Origin: an uncultured Methylococcus sp.
Lineage (GTDB): Bacteria > Pseudomonadota > Gammaproteobacteria > Methylococcales > Methylococcaceae
DNA length: 64,000 nucleotides
Reading direction: 5' to 3'
Assembly (NCBI GenBank): GCA_964343925.1
Contig: CAYFLM010000003.1
Coordinates: 5,390-69,389 of the forward strand
Shown: piece after piece, positions 21,731 to 31,056 of the stretch
Layout: every line of letters begins with the position of its first letter
Position numbering within the stretch: position 1 is the first letter of the stretch
Made by a program: the position numbers and the translations under genes
The notes under the pieces: model-generated
The model's database searches: none
What the model was told of the DNA's origin: nothing
The model's input: the letters and a program-made list of their open reading frames with translations, nothing else

Positions 21731-22792
21731 ATGAAGATACGGGTTTCAGAGATTTTTGAGCGTTTTGAGCGCGATAAATTGCTCATCAAAATGGTTGGGG
21801 ATGACCAGAGTGTTGTTCGCATGGCGCCGGTTGAAGAGTGCCGGCCCGGAGATCTCGTTTTCGTAGACCATCCGAAATATCTGGAGAGGGTGATTAGCCA
21901 GCGTCCATCAGTGGTCGTAACTTCTGAAGCTATTGCGGGTGAGCTTATCTCGACTGGAGGGGTGACTGTTTTGATTGCGCCCAACATTCGGTTGGCCATA
22001 GCCCTCTTAAAACAAGCCTATGACGACCGAGATGTTCGAAATACGGAATGGCCCAGAGTCCATCCGAGCGCTGTGATTCATCAGACGGTCTCTGTTCCCG
22101 ATGATGCTGTGATTGGCCCTGGTGTTGTGATTGGCCAGCGCGTCACTCTTGGAGAGCGGGTGGTGCTAATGGCAAATGTTGTCGTCGAGCATGACGCTAG
22201 CATAGGCTCAGAAACAGTAGTTCACCCTGGCGCGGTCATTGGCTATGGCAGCAGAATTGGATCCCATGTCATTCTCAAGGCAGGCTGTGTGATTGGCTCC
22301 GAGGGATTTGGGTTTGCACAGGACGAGCGGCGGAGGAACTACCGCATACCACATACGGGTTGTGTAGTAATTGAAGATCGTGTCGTTATTGGTGCAAATA
22401 CGAATATTGATCGAGCCACCTATGGGGAGACCCGAGTTAGGCAAGGTGCAGTGATTGATGCAATGTGTCATCTAGGACATAACGTCGAAATTGGTGAAGA
22501 CTGCATTTTGTGCGCGCATACAGGAATTTCGGGTTCAACCAAGTTCGGTAAACGAGTCATCGCTTCAGGCCAAACGGGCACGCTTGACCATGTGACGGTG
22601 GTTGATGATGTCGTACTTCTTCACAGGGCCGGTTTGAATAACAGCATCAAAGAACCGGGGATGTATGCCGGTGGGCCAACCCAGCCTCTAACCCAATATC
22701 TTAAGAACATGGCCGTGATGCCTAAGTTGCACGATATGTGGTCTCGGCTGAAGAAACTTGAAAAGAAAGTAAATGCCCTAATTCCAGACTAG
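21731..22792 (+). CDS. lpxD: UDP-3-O-acylglucosamine N-acyltransferase (LpxD family)
   Basis: Left-handed beta-helix hexapeptide repeats, ...GSEGFGFA....IPH.G.VVIEDRVVIGANTNIDRAT.GET....GAVID..CHLGHNV.IGE..., and a C-terminal coiled tail ...MWSRLKKLEKKVN like E. coli LpxD. ATG 21731 preferred; TTG 21722 is possible. Confidence 0.82.
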   Translation: MKIRVSEIFERFERDKLLIKMVGDDQSVVRMAPVEECRPGDLVFVDHPKYLERVISQRPSVVVTSEAIAGELISTGGVTVLIAPNIRLAIALLKQAYDDRDVRNTEWPRVHPSAVIHQTVSVPDDAVIGPGVVIGQRVTLGERVVLMANVVVEHDASIGSETVVHPGAVIGYGSRIGSHVILKAGCVIGSEGFGFAQDERRRNYRIPHTGCVVIEDRVVIGANTNIDRATYGETRVRQGAVIDAMCHLGHNVEIGEDCILCAHTGISGSTKFGKRVIASGQTGTLDHVTVVDDVVLLHRAGLNNSIKEPGMYAGGPTQPLTQYLKNMAVMPKLHDMWSRLKKLEKKVNALIPD

Positions 22793-22853
22793 GCCACATC
22801 GAATAACAGTAAGCCTAAAGTCTTTGAATTACTGAGTTGACTGGAAGGGACTC

Positions 22854-23621
22854 ATGAAGATTGTTACTTGGAACGTCAACTCCCTTCGGGTTAGGTTAGG
22901 TCAGTTGAGTGATTGGGTTCAGCTTGAAATGCCTGACATTCTCTGTTTACAGGAAACTAAGGTTGAAGATGGGGGTTTCCCTAAAGAGATCTTGCTTGAA
23001 ATGGGTTATCAGTCCGCATTTAGCGGTCAAAAAACCTACAATGGTGTGGCTATTCTTTCTCGCTGGCCGATAGAGGATGTTAGAACCGATCTGGCCGGTT
23101 ATGCGGATGATCAGAAGAGATTTATCGCGGCAACCATTAATAATGTCAGGGTCGTTAACCTCTATGTGCCAAATGGTAGCGAGGTTGGATGTGAGAAGTA
23201 CCGTTATAAGCTCAGTTGGTTAGAGAACATGAGGTCGCTTCTGGAACAGGAGTTGCGGTCTTACCCCAGTCTTGTGGTGGTCGGGGACTTCAATATTGCT
23301 CCCAGTGACGCCGATGTTTATGATCCGATCGCATGGGGTGGAAAGGTGCTATGTAGCAAACCAGAGCGTGATGCTTACCAACGCATCTTGGATTTGGGTC
23401 TCCATGATTCGCTAGGGCGCTTCGCTACAGGCTCAGATAGCTATACATGGTGGGATTATCGAACCAACGCTTTTCGGCGTGGTCAGGGCCTCCGTATAGA
23501 TCATGTTTTGGTTTCTTCGGCACTCGCACCCTTATGTGCGGGCTGCCACGTGGAGAGAAGTCTTCGTGCTCTCGATCGTCCTTCAGATCATGCCCCAGTT
23601 GTGATTGAGATTTCTGTCTAG
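22854..23621 (+). CDS. xthA: Exodeoxyribonuclease III
   Basis: 255 aa. MKIVTWNVNSLRVR...LCLQETK...GDFNIAP...RIDHVL...SDHAPV. Confidence 0.92.
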   Translation: MKIVTWNVNSLRVRLGQLSDWVQLEMPDILCLQETKVEDGGFPKEILLEMGYQSAFSGQKTYNGVAILSRWPIEDVRTDLAGYADDQKRFIAATINNVRVVNLYVPNGSEVGCEKYRYKLSWLENMRSLLEQELRSYPSLVVVGDFNIAPSDADVYDPIAWGGKVLCSKPERDAYQRILDLGLHDSLGRFATGSDSYTWWDYRTNAFRRGQGLRIDHVLVSSALAPLCAGCHVERSLRALDRPSDHAPVVIEISV

Positions 23622-23669
23622 TCCTGAAAAGGAGTCAGTAAGTTCGTTCCTGTTAGCTTCAAGTCTGGA

Positions 23670-24551
23670 TTAAGGGCTTGCGGCTTCCATCGGGTTTTGG
23701 GGGGTTGAGTCAGTCGATGAACCGGATGGATCATTGCTTGAGGATGGGTCGAATTTGGATTGAGTCAGAGTATTTGCTGGCGAGATCATAGGAGTCCAAG
23801 GAGTGGTTGGACCAATAATGATGAGCGCCTTATACCCGGCAACTTGCTTTCCTGTTCTTTTGCCAGTTCTTTCGTCAATTTGATCTACCTGACCGTAACC
23901 ACTTTGTCCGATCAAATGAAACATCTCTTCCGCACGATAATCCTCTAAGTGCACACAGCCATGGGAGGCTGCCGCGTGTCCCATGTCGCGTATAGCGTCT
24001 CTGTCCAGAGAAGAGTGCAAAGCCATGCCACCGTGAAAAAATACGGCCCAGAGCATGGGTGCATCATACTCCTCTGACCAGTGCCTCGACGAAAAAGCCT
24101 TGGGGCTGAAATACCCCGCCGCAGTTTCGTGCCCCTTCATGCCAGTCGAGACATCCCAATAGTAGATCTGACCTTGGTTTCTCTTATAAACCCGTAGCGT
24201 CTGCTCAAGACCCCAGAAAGGGTCATCCTTCTTGCTGATTACTACTATGACGTTGTAGCTATTGAAGTCGGCATCATCAAGAGGGTTGGGTAGGTTCTCG
24301 GATTCTGACCAATCTGGATCACGATAGGGGGTAAAGGCTTTAGTGACACCAAAGTGATAGTTGAAATTGGCTCCTGGATCATTCTCGTATTTTGGTTTCG
24401 GCTCAGTTCTGGGGAAGCCATCCCACGGACCTGCAGCGCCGCCGTTAACGGCCATCGATTTCAATGGCAACAAACTCAAAGAAAAAGCCAAGGCAAGAAT
24501 AATGCGATTAATCATGAATGGACTCGCGTCGATTTGAGGGTTGATCTGCAT
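23670..24551 (-). CDS. L,D-transpeptidase (YkuD) family protein, secreted, with Ser/Pro-rich C-terminal tail
   Basis: Signal-peptide-like N-terminus (INRIILALAFSLSLLPLKSMA). Catalytic His/Cys context GHAAASHGCVHL. Start could be the internal ATG at 24515. Confidence 0.7.
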   Translation of the reverse strand: MQINPQIDASPFMINRIILALAFSLSLLPLKSMAVNGGAAGPWDGFPRTEPKPKYENDPGANFNYHFGVTKAFTPYRDPDWSESENLPNPLDDADFNSYNVIVVISKKDDPFWGLEQTLRVYKRNQGQIYYWDVSTGMKGHETAAGYFSPKAFSSRHWSEEYDAPMLWAVFFHGGMALHSSLDRDAIRDMGHAAASHGCVHLEDYRAEEMFHLIGQSGYGQVDQIDERTGKRTGKQVAGYKALIIIGPTTPWTPMISPANTLTQSKFDPSSSNDPSGSSTDSTPQNPMEAASP

Positions 24552-24640
24552 GAATCACTTGGCGATAAGGTTAGCATTTGAGTCTGGGGTCCTGTCTAGC
24601 GATGTTTGTGCATGCGCGAGAATGCTCACGAATTATACAA

Positions 24641-24673
24641 TTGTAAAGTTATTACGGTTTGACTTCTTTACGG
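24641..24673. promoter_or_regulatory. Candidate BirA (bio) operator upstream of bioB
   Basis: TTGTAAAGtt-N-ttCTTTACGG is an imperfect inverted repeat (GTAAAG-N17-CTTTAC) about 60 nt upstream of bioB. It resembles the gammaproteobacterial bioO half-site TTGTAAACC as recalled. The match is imperfect. Confidence 0.3.
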
Positions 24674-24731
24674 TCGGCATTATGATCAGGAGAATTTTTT
24701 ATTGAGTATCTAACCTGAGGAGCTTTATTTA

Positions 24732-25742
24732 ATGCCAGAAAAGCCAATTCAATCGCATTGCTATTCGAAAGGATTGCAGGGTTTTGTGACCAGACATGAC
24801 TGGGAACTCGATGAGGTTCTAGAGATCATGCAAAAGCCTTTTGCAGACTTGATCTATGAGGCTCAAGGGGTACATCGCCAACATTTCAATGCTTCGGAGG
24901 TCCAGGTCTCAAGTCTTCTAAGCATTAAAACCGGATCATGCGCCGAAGATTGTGCCTACTGTCCTCAGAGTGCCCACTCAAATACGGGCCTTGAGTCTGA
25001 GCCTTTTATGCAAATTGAGGCCATTTTGGCTGCCGCAGATAGCGCCAAAAGGCAGGGCTCCAGCCGCTTTTGTATGGGGGCCGCGTGGCGAGAGCCAACG
25101 GATCGTGATATCGATCGTGTTTGTGAGATTGTTGATGCAGTGAAAGGGATGGGTATGGAGACCTGTATGACCCTTGGAATGCTGACTGACCAGCAAGCAA
25201 AGCGCCTCAAAGCCTCAGGTCTTGATTACTACAACCATAATCTTGATACGTCAGAGGAGTTCTACTCACAGATAATTACGACAAGAACCTATCAAGACAG
25301 GTTGGATACCTTAAGTCGTGTTAGGGAGGCGGGTCTTAATGTTTGTTGCGGCGGAATTGTGGGAATGGGTGAAAGCCAAAAAGACCGCGCGGGATTGCTT
25401 CTTCAGTTGGCAAATCTCCCCCAGCATCCTGAGAGTGTTCCAATCAATTTGCTAGTGCAAGTAGAAGGTACACCGTTGGCAGGGGTTGATTCGCTGGATC
25501 CTTTCGTATTCGTGAGGGTAATTGCGACCGCCCGTATTCTGATGCCGATGTCACGAGTTCGATTGTCTGCAGGCCGATCGACAATGAGTGATGAACTGCA
25601 GTCTTTATGCTTTCTAGCGGGGGCAAATTCAATCTTTTATGGAGATAAGTTGCTAACAACCGAAAATCCTCTCACTGATGCTGATCAGGCATTGTTCAAG
25701 AGACTTGGAATGGTTGTTACTGGTTTCTACGCTGATGCTTGA
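24732..25742 (+). CDS. bioB: Biotin synthase
   Basis: 336 aa. Radical-SAM [11 protein letters not shown] motif. Full-length BioB-like. Confidence 0.96.
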   Translation: MPEKPIQSHCYSKGLQGFVTRHDWELDEVLEIMQKPFADLIYEAQGVHRQHFNASEVQVSSLLSIKTGSCAEDCAYCPQSAHSNTGLESEPFMQIEAILAAADSAKRQGSSRFCMGAAWREPTDRDIDRVCEIVDAVKGMGMETCMTLGMLTDQQAKRLKASGLDYYNHNLDTSEEFYSQIITTRTYQDRLDTLSRVREAGLNVCCGGIVGMGESQKDRAGLLLQLANLPQHPESVPINLLVQVEGTPLAGVDSLDPFVFVRVIATARILMPMSRVRLSAGRSTMSDELQSLCFLAGANSIFYGDKLLTTENPLTDADQALFKRLGMVVTGFYADA

Positions 25743-25772
25743 GGCTCAGATATTTCTTGATGAGCGCAACGA

Positions 25773-26975
25773 GTGAATGATTGGCGATCTAATTTGAGGG
25801 CTCGGCTGGCCCAAATCGATGTTCAAGGCTTGCACCGGTCTAGGAAGATTCTTGAGAGCCCTCAGGCCATAAGAGTAAATGTCAACGGGCGGATACTCCT
25901 GAATTTCTCTAGCAATGATTACCTTGGCTTGGCTAATGACAATCATTTGCTGGAGGGGTTTATCAATTCAGCAAGATGCTGGGGCGTAGGTTCGGGGTCT
26001 GCCCATATGGTTTCTGGACATACTCGAGAGCATCACGCGCTCGAAGAGGAATTAGCTGAATTTACTGGGCGAGATAAGGCGCTGCTTTTTTCTACCGGCT
26101 ATATGGCCAACTTAGCCCTTGTATCTGCATTCGCCAAGAAGGGAATGTCCATTTATCAAGATCGACTAAATCACGCTTCTCTTATTGACGGCGCTCTTCT
26201 TTCAGGTGGACGTCTTCGTCGCTTTCCTCATCTCGATACTGCGGTTTTGTCGGGTTGGTTGGAGTCGGAGCGTGGATCGCTTTCCACAGTTTTAACGGAT
26301 GGTGTTTTTAGTATGGATGGGGATCTGGCTCCTGTTCATCAGTTGTCTAAACTATCAAGTCAATTTAACTCCCTACTTATTGTTGATGATGCGCATGGCT
26401 TTGGCGTTTTGGGCGCCAAGGGCGGGGGGGTTTTGGAGCATTTATCCGTTTCTCAGTCAGAAGTACCGTTAGTTATGGGAACCTTGGGTAAGGCTTTTGG
26501 GTGCTTTGGATCTTTTGTCTCGGGTGACGATGTATTTATTGAATGGCTATTGCAAACGGCACGAACCTACCTTTTTACAACAGCAATCCCGCCCGCCATT
26601 GCTGGTGCTGCAAGGATTGCACTAAAGCAAACAGCTGAGGGTGGCTGGAGAAGAGAGCGGCTAAATAGTCTGATTCAGCGTTTTAGATCAGGCGCTAAAC
26701 AAATAGGCCTAAGCATTATGGATTCGATGACCCCGATTCAGCCCGTGCTAATTGGTTCAAGTCAGGATTGTCATAGTGCCGGGACTCAACTCGTGGAGGC
26801 GGGGTTCTTGGTTCCCGCGATTAGACCACCAACCGTTCCAAAGGGGATGGCTAGACTACGGATAACACTCTCCGCCAAGCATCGGGAGGAGGATGTGGAT
26901 GCCTTGTTAGGGGCCTTAGATAATTTACGGGGTTTTCAAAAAAACATCAGTGAGACGAGTTTTGAGTCAGAGTAG
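25773..26975 (+). CDS. bioF: 8-amino-7-oxononanoate synthase
   Basis: 400 aa. PLP-lysine context MGTLGKAFG; class-II aminotransferase fold. Position in the bio operon. Confidence 0.9.
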   Translation: MNDWRSNLRARLAQIDVQGLHRSRKILESPQAIRVNVNGRILLNFSSNDYLGLANDNHLLEGFINSARCWGVGSGSAHMVSGHTREHHALEEELAEFTGRDKALLFSTGYMANLALVSAFAKKGMSIYQDRLNHASLIDGALLSGGRLRRFPHLDTAVLSGWLESERGSLSTVLTDGVFSMDGDLAPVHQLSKLSSQFNSLLIVDDAHGFGVLGAKGGGVLEHLSVSQSEVPLVMGTLGKAFGCFGSFVSGDDVFIEWLLQTARTYLFTTAIPPAIAGAARIALKQTAEGGWRRERLNSLIQRFRSGAKQIGLSIMDSMTPIQPVLIGSSQDCHSAGTQLVEAGFLVPAIRPPTVPKGMARLRITLSAKHREEDVDALLGALDNLRGFQKNISETSFESE

Positions 26976-27765
26976 CCCAGATGTTTTTAGCTATTCGATT
27001 GGGCGCGGCCCAAACTTGGTGCTTTTACACGGATGGGGAATGAATGGGGGGATTTTTGATGTGTGGTCTTCCCTGCTCAGTGATTCTTTTAAGGTTATTG
27101 TTGTGGACTTGCCTGGACACGGCAGAAGCGGGCCGTTTGACGGGGATCAGATAGAGGAATTGGCGAGTTTGGTCGTCTCCGAGCTACCCGCCCAATTTCA
27201 CCTGTTGGGTTGGTCGTTGGGTGGGTTGATTGGGATGAGTATCTCGAGAGACTTTCCCGATCGAGTTCTCAGTTTGGGCCTGGTAGCCTCCACCCCTTGT
27301 TTTTTTACGAATCACGGATGGCCGGGAATAGATTTGGACATGCTTCATAAACTGTCCCACGACCTCTCTACCGATGCGTCTGCGACCCTTGAACGTTTTG
27401 CTGGCCTTCAAAATCTTGGGCTGGCTGATTCAAGGCGATGGACCAAGAGTATGGTCGAAATGATTCATAGGAGCCCATTCCCCAACTCAGAGACTCTTAA
27501 AGTATTGCTTTTAATGCTTGGGACTTTAGATTTTCGCGAAGAGTTTTCGGCGTTAGCGGATGGTACTTACCTTATACAGGGTAAGAAGGATCGATTGGTG
27601 CCCTTTGAGGTTATCCCTTTGCTTAAAGATCTGAATTCCTTAGTTGAGGTGGATGTTATTCCAGATGCGGGTCACGTACCCTTTTTGACGCATCCTGAGA
27701 GGTGCGCTTGCTATGTTAAGCGCATGTTGCTGAGTAAGCCCGGGGGCGTGCTTGCGGTTGAGTAA
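26950..27765 (+). CDS. bioH: Pimeloyl-[ACP] methyl ester carboxylesterase
   Basis: 271 aa alpha/beta hydrolase. LVLLHGWGMNGGIF and nucleophile elbow LLGWSLGG. Sits between bioF and bioC as in the Pseudomonas bioBFHCD operon. GTG start overlaps the bioF 3' end. Confidence 0.8.
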   Translation: MRRVLSQSSPDVFSYSIGRGPNLVLLHGWGMNGGIFDVWSSLLSDSFKVIVVDLPGHGRSGPFDGDQIEELASLVVSELPAQFHLLGWSLGGLIGMSISRDFPDRVLSLGLVASTPCFFTNHGWPGIDLDMLHKLSHDLSTDASATLERFAGLQNLGLADSRRWTKSMVEMIHRSPFPNSETLKVLLLMLGTLDFREEFSALADGTYLIQGKKDRLVPFEVIPLLKDLNSLVEVDVIPDAGHVPFLTHPERCACYVKRMLLSKPGGVLAVE

Positions 27766-28537
27766 ACCTGAAATCGCGCGATCCTTCGCTTTCGCTTCGT
27801 ACACCTATGATACGCATGCAAAATTGCAACGTTCTATAGGAGCTTCACTGTTGGGTGGAGCAAGCTCGAAAGCATTTTCTGGGTCTCTTATCTTGGATGT
27901 GGGTTCAGGGACAGGTTATTTTTCGAGGATTCTGGCGGGCAGATACCCATTATCAAGAGTGATTTCACTGGATCTTTCTGAGGGTATGCTCCGTGCATCA
28001 GTTCCGGCTGGTTGTGAGGTATCACAGTTGGTTGTAGGTGATGCGGAATTGCTTCCTTTTTCCGATGGGACCGTGGATTTTGTTTTCTCAAATCTTGCCA
28101 TCCAGTGGTGCTCCAACCAGTCTAAAGCGATCTCAGAGTTTTTTCGGGTTTTAAAGCCGGGGGGCATATTGCGGTTCTCTACATTTGGCCAAGGTACGCT
28201 CAAAGAGCTCAGATCTGCCTGGCAGAAGGTGGACAGGTATAGTCATGTTAATGACTTTGAGGCGTTTGAAGCCTTAAGCCGTGAGGTGTCATGTATTGGA
28301 TTTGAACAAGTAAGTATGGAACAAGGTTTTGTCTCTGTGCCTTATTCAGATCCCATGAGTCTGATGAGAGAACTTAAGGGGCTTGGAGCTCATAATCTGA
28401 ACGAGAATCGGCCTCGACATTTGACCGGAAAATCTGATCTCAGAAATTTGATGATTGGGTATCCAATGGTTGAACAAGGAGAGAAAAAGTTTGCCTCGGC
28501 CTCGTATGAGGTTATTTATGGAATTTGTACTAAATAG
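27752..28537 (+). CDS. bioC: Malonyl-[ACP] O-methyltransferase
   Basis: 261 aa. SAM-binding motif ILDVGSGTGYF. Operon position. Confidence 0.85.
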   Translation: MRLSKPEIARSFAFASYTYDTHAKLQRSIGASLLGGASSKAFSGSLILDVGSGTGYFSRILAGRYPLSRVISLDLSEGMLRASVPAGCEVSQLVVGDAELLPFSDGTVDFVFSNLAIQWCSNQSKAISEFFRVLKPGGILRFSTFGQGTLKELRSAWQKVDRYSHVNDFEAFEALSREVSCIGFEQVSMEQGFVSVPYSDPMSLMRELKGLGAHNLNENRPRHLTGKSDLRNLMIGYPMVEQGEKKFASASYEVIYGICTK

Positions 28538-28547
28538 CATTGGATCC

Positions 28548-29246
28548 ATGAGTGCCAATCTTTTTATTACGGGAACTGACACGGGGGTGGGCAAAACCAA
28601 AGCAACTCGATTGATCATGCGTCTTTTGAAGGCTGAAGGATTTTGTGTTGTGGGAATGAAGCCAATAGCGGCTGGGGCTGAGCTTCTGGGTGGACGGTTG
28701 GTCAATGAAGATGCACTTGCCCTTTTGGAAGAGGGGTCCAAATTGATGCCCTATGAGCGAATAAACCCCGTGGTGTTTGCTCAAGCGGTCTCGCCCAATA
28801 TCGCTGCTAGCGATTTAGAGGCTCAAGACTACGAATCAATTGTTATGGAAAATTTTAAATGGTTGGAGCGCCATGCCAACAGTATCCTTGTCGAAGGTGT
28901 AGGGGGGTGGTTGACCCCAATATCCGCAACCATGAGTGTTAGGGAATTAGCCCTATCGCTGGAATTGCCAGTACTGATGGTCGTCGGATTGAAGCTGGGC
29001 TGCATTAATCAGGCAAGGTTGACCTGGGATGCTATTGGCGCGAGCGGGTGTAGGTCTGTTGGGTGGGTTGCTAATCACCTTGAGGAAAAGCTTTTTCGAG
29101 TTAACGATGTCATAGACACCATTTCTCAGCAGGTAGGCCGTAAACCCCTGTTCGAGATCCCGTTTGATCCCGAAGGAAGCTTCTCTCTTTCGGAGGTTTC
29201 AAGAGCTCGTGATATAGCCGCAATCTTGCACCAGATCGCCCCTTAA
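28548..29246 (+). CDS. bioD: Dethiobiotin synthetase
   Basis: From MSANLFITGTDTGVGKT (P-loop). The ORF-track start at 28455 would overlap bioC by 83 nt. ATG 28548 follows the bioC stop by 10 nt. Confidence 0.87.
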   Translation: MSANLFITGTDTGVGKTKATRLIMRLLKAEGFCVVGMKPIAAGAELLGGRLVNEDALALLEEGSKLMPYERINPVVFAQAVSPNIAASDLEAQDYESIVMENFKWLERHANSILVEGVGGWLTPISATMSVRELALSLELPVLMVVGLKLGCINQARLTWDAIGASGCRSVGWVANHLEEKLFRVNDVIDTISQQVGRKPLFEIPFDPEGSFSLSEVSRARDIAAILHQIAP

Positions 29247-29483
29247 GCTAGCATTCACCTTGGGTGCGTATGTTAACCCCCAAGAGCCCGCACTTTTTGT
29301 GGGTGAAATTTTTCTGTTTGGTTTCGGCAGTGAGTCTGCGTTAGGTTGGTTGGTGTGATCTGATGGGCACAAGCGGTGCTGCGCAGAGATGGATCACAAC
29401 CACCCTAGGATTGCCGTTCTTGGCTGAAGTAGCTTCATTTTGTTCTGAATGATGGCGATGTGTGTTTTTTGGATCAAGTTGTT

Positions 29484-29514
29484 CCTCTATTTGTCCAAAG
29501 GGTAGAGGTTTTTT
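29484..29514 (+). terminator. Rho-independent-like terminator in the middle of the bioD-coxB gap
   Basis: cctctatttg-tc-caaagggtagagg hairpin (bulged) followed by TTTTTT. Lies 238 nt downstream of the bioD stop. Confidence 0.45.
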
Positions 29515-29838
29515 GATCTTGTGGTTTGGATGAATGTCTCAGAGCGGGAGATATTGTTAATTAAGCCTGGTACCTATTGTGTGTGCTGGTCGATCGAATA
29601 CCGGCAGGGTCTTGGCCTTCGGTCGCATGGCGCTGTGAGCCAAACTTTATAGACCCCTTTTTTCTGGGGTACTCGATCGGGTCAGTGCTCACTTTAAATG
29701 GGTAGGTATTAGTGGTCGGGAAATTCTTTTGTTAAAAAGAAGAATAGTCACCCGCCTCTGAGTTATAAGTTGAAAGCCTTTGGTGCGATTTGTTTTTGGT
29801 TCTCCCTATTAAATTAGGAATATTGAAGTGAGGGTTGC

Positions 29839-31026
29839 GTGAATAGAATTAAATCCTTGATTACGGTTTTCGGGCTGTTGAGCGTGGGTGAAGCGTTTGC
29901 TGACTACAAGTTAAACCTGACTGAGGGCGTAACCGAGCTAAGCAGGGATATTCACGACTTGCATATGCTCATTTTCTGGATTTGTGTGGGTATTGGAGTC
30001 CTTGTTTATGGCTTACTGGTTTACTCCCTGGTTAATCACAGAAAGTCCAAGGGAGCCATACCTGCTACTTTTCATGAGAATACTAAGCTTGAAATTATCT
30101 GGACCATCGTACCTTTCATCATTCTGCTAGGCATGGCAGTTCCTGCCACCAAGGTGATGGTAAAGGCTTACGACACTTCGGGGGCTGATTTAACGATTAA
30201 GGTCACGGGTTACCAATGGAAGTGGCGATACGAGTACCTAGATGAGGGAGTCAGCTTCTTTAGTACTCTAGACGCAAAGAGTAATGTGGCACGTCAACTT
30301 GGTTCCGGAGTTAAACCGGAAACTGTCGAGAATTACCTACTAAATGTAGATCATCCTCTAGTCGTTCCGGTTGGAAAGAAGATCCGTTTCCTATTTACCG
30401 GAGCCGATGTGATTCACTCTTGGTGGGTACCTGATTTAGGATGGAAGAAAGACACGATCCCAGGTTTCATAACAGATGCTTGGGCCAAGGTTGAAAAGCC
30501 TGGAACGTACCGCGGGCAATGCACTGAGCTGTGCGGACGAGATCATGGATTTATGCCGATCGTTGTTGTTGCAAAGACTGAATCTGAATACAAGGATTGG
30601 CTTGCGACCCAGAAAGGTGGGGAACAGGCGAATTTGAAAGTTGAAGCTTCCCCAACGTCCAGCTTATCTGCAGTTGAGGTCAGTCCTGAGGCTGCTTCAA
30701 CCGATGCTGAGGTTACTAAAGATATGGCAGCTGTTATTGCAAAGGGGCAGCAGGTTTACGAAGCAAACTGTTTAAGTTGCCATCAGGCCAATGGCGAAGG
30801 CATTGAAGGCTTGTTTCCCGCCATCAAGGGGAGTTCAGTAGTCAAGGGCCCAAAGGCTGATCACATTAGACTAGTGCTGAATGGCAAGCCCCCACTAATG
30901 GCTTCATTCAAGTCTGTTTTGTCAGCAGATGACATTGCGGCTGTTGTGACCTATCAGCGAAACGCGTTGGGTAACAGTACCGGAGATGTCGTAACGGCCG
31001 CCGAAGTGCAGGCATTGAAAGAATAA
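29839..31026 (+). CDS. coxB: Cytochrome c oxidase subunit II with C-terminal mono-haem cytochrome c domain
   Basis: 395 aa, GTG start. CuA site HSWWVPDLG...CTELCGRDHGFM. C-terminal CLSCH haem-binding motif. Confidence 0.92.
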   Translation: MNRIKSLITVFGLLSVGEAFADYKLNLTEGVTELSRDIHDLHMLIFWICVGIGVLVYGLLVYSLVNHRKSKGAIPATFHENTKLEIIWTIVPFIILLGMAVPATKVMVKAYDTSGADLTIKVTGYQWKWRYEYLDEGVSFFSTLDAKSNVARQLGSGVKPETVENYLLNVDHPLVVPVGKKIRFLFTGADVIHSWWVPDLGWKKDTIPGFITDAWAKVEKPGTYRGQCTELCGRDHGFMPIVVVAKTESEYKDWLATQKGGEQANLKVEASPTSSLSAVEVSPEAASTDAEVTKDMAAVIAKGQQVYEANCLSCHQANGEGIEGLFPAIKGSSVVKGPKADHIRLVLNGKPPLMASFKSVLSADDIAAVVTYQRNALGNSTGDVVTAAEVQALKE

Positions 31027-31056
31027 TTGAATCGAGCAGTAATTGAGGTAAGTGCT

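Noticed and set aside
28455-28547. Upstream extension of bioD overlapping bioC by 83 nt
   Set aside because: The P-loop N-terminus MSANLFITGTDTGVGKT begins at ATG 28548, just after the bioC stop.
29363-29452. 29-codon ORF (MGTSGAAQRWITTTLGLPFLAEVASFCSE) in the bioD-coxB gap
   Set aside because: It has no SD, no recognisable features, and is not distinguishable from chance. The region is reported as non-coding of unknown function instead.
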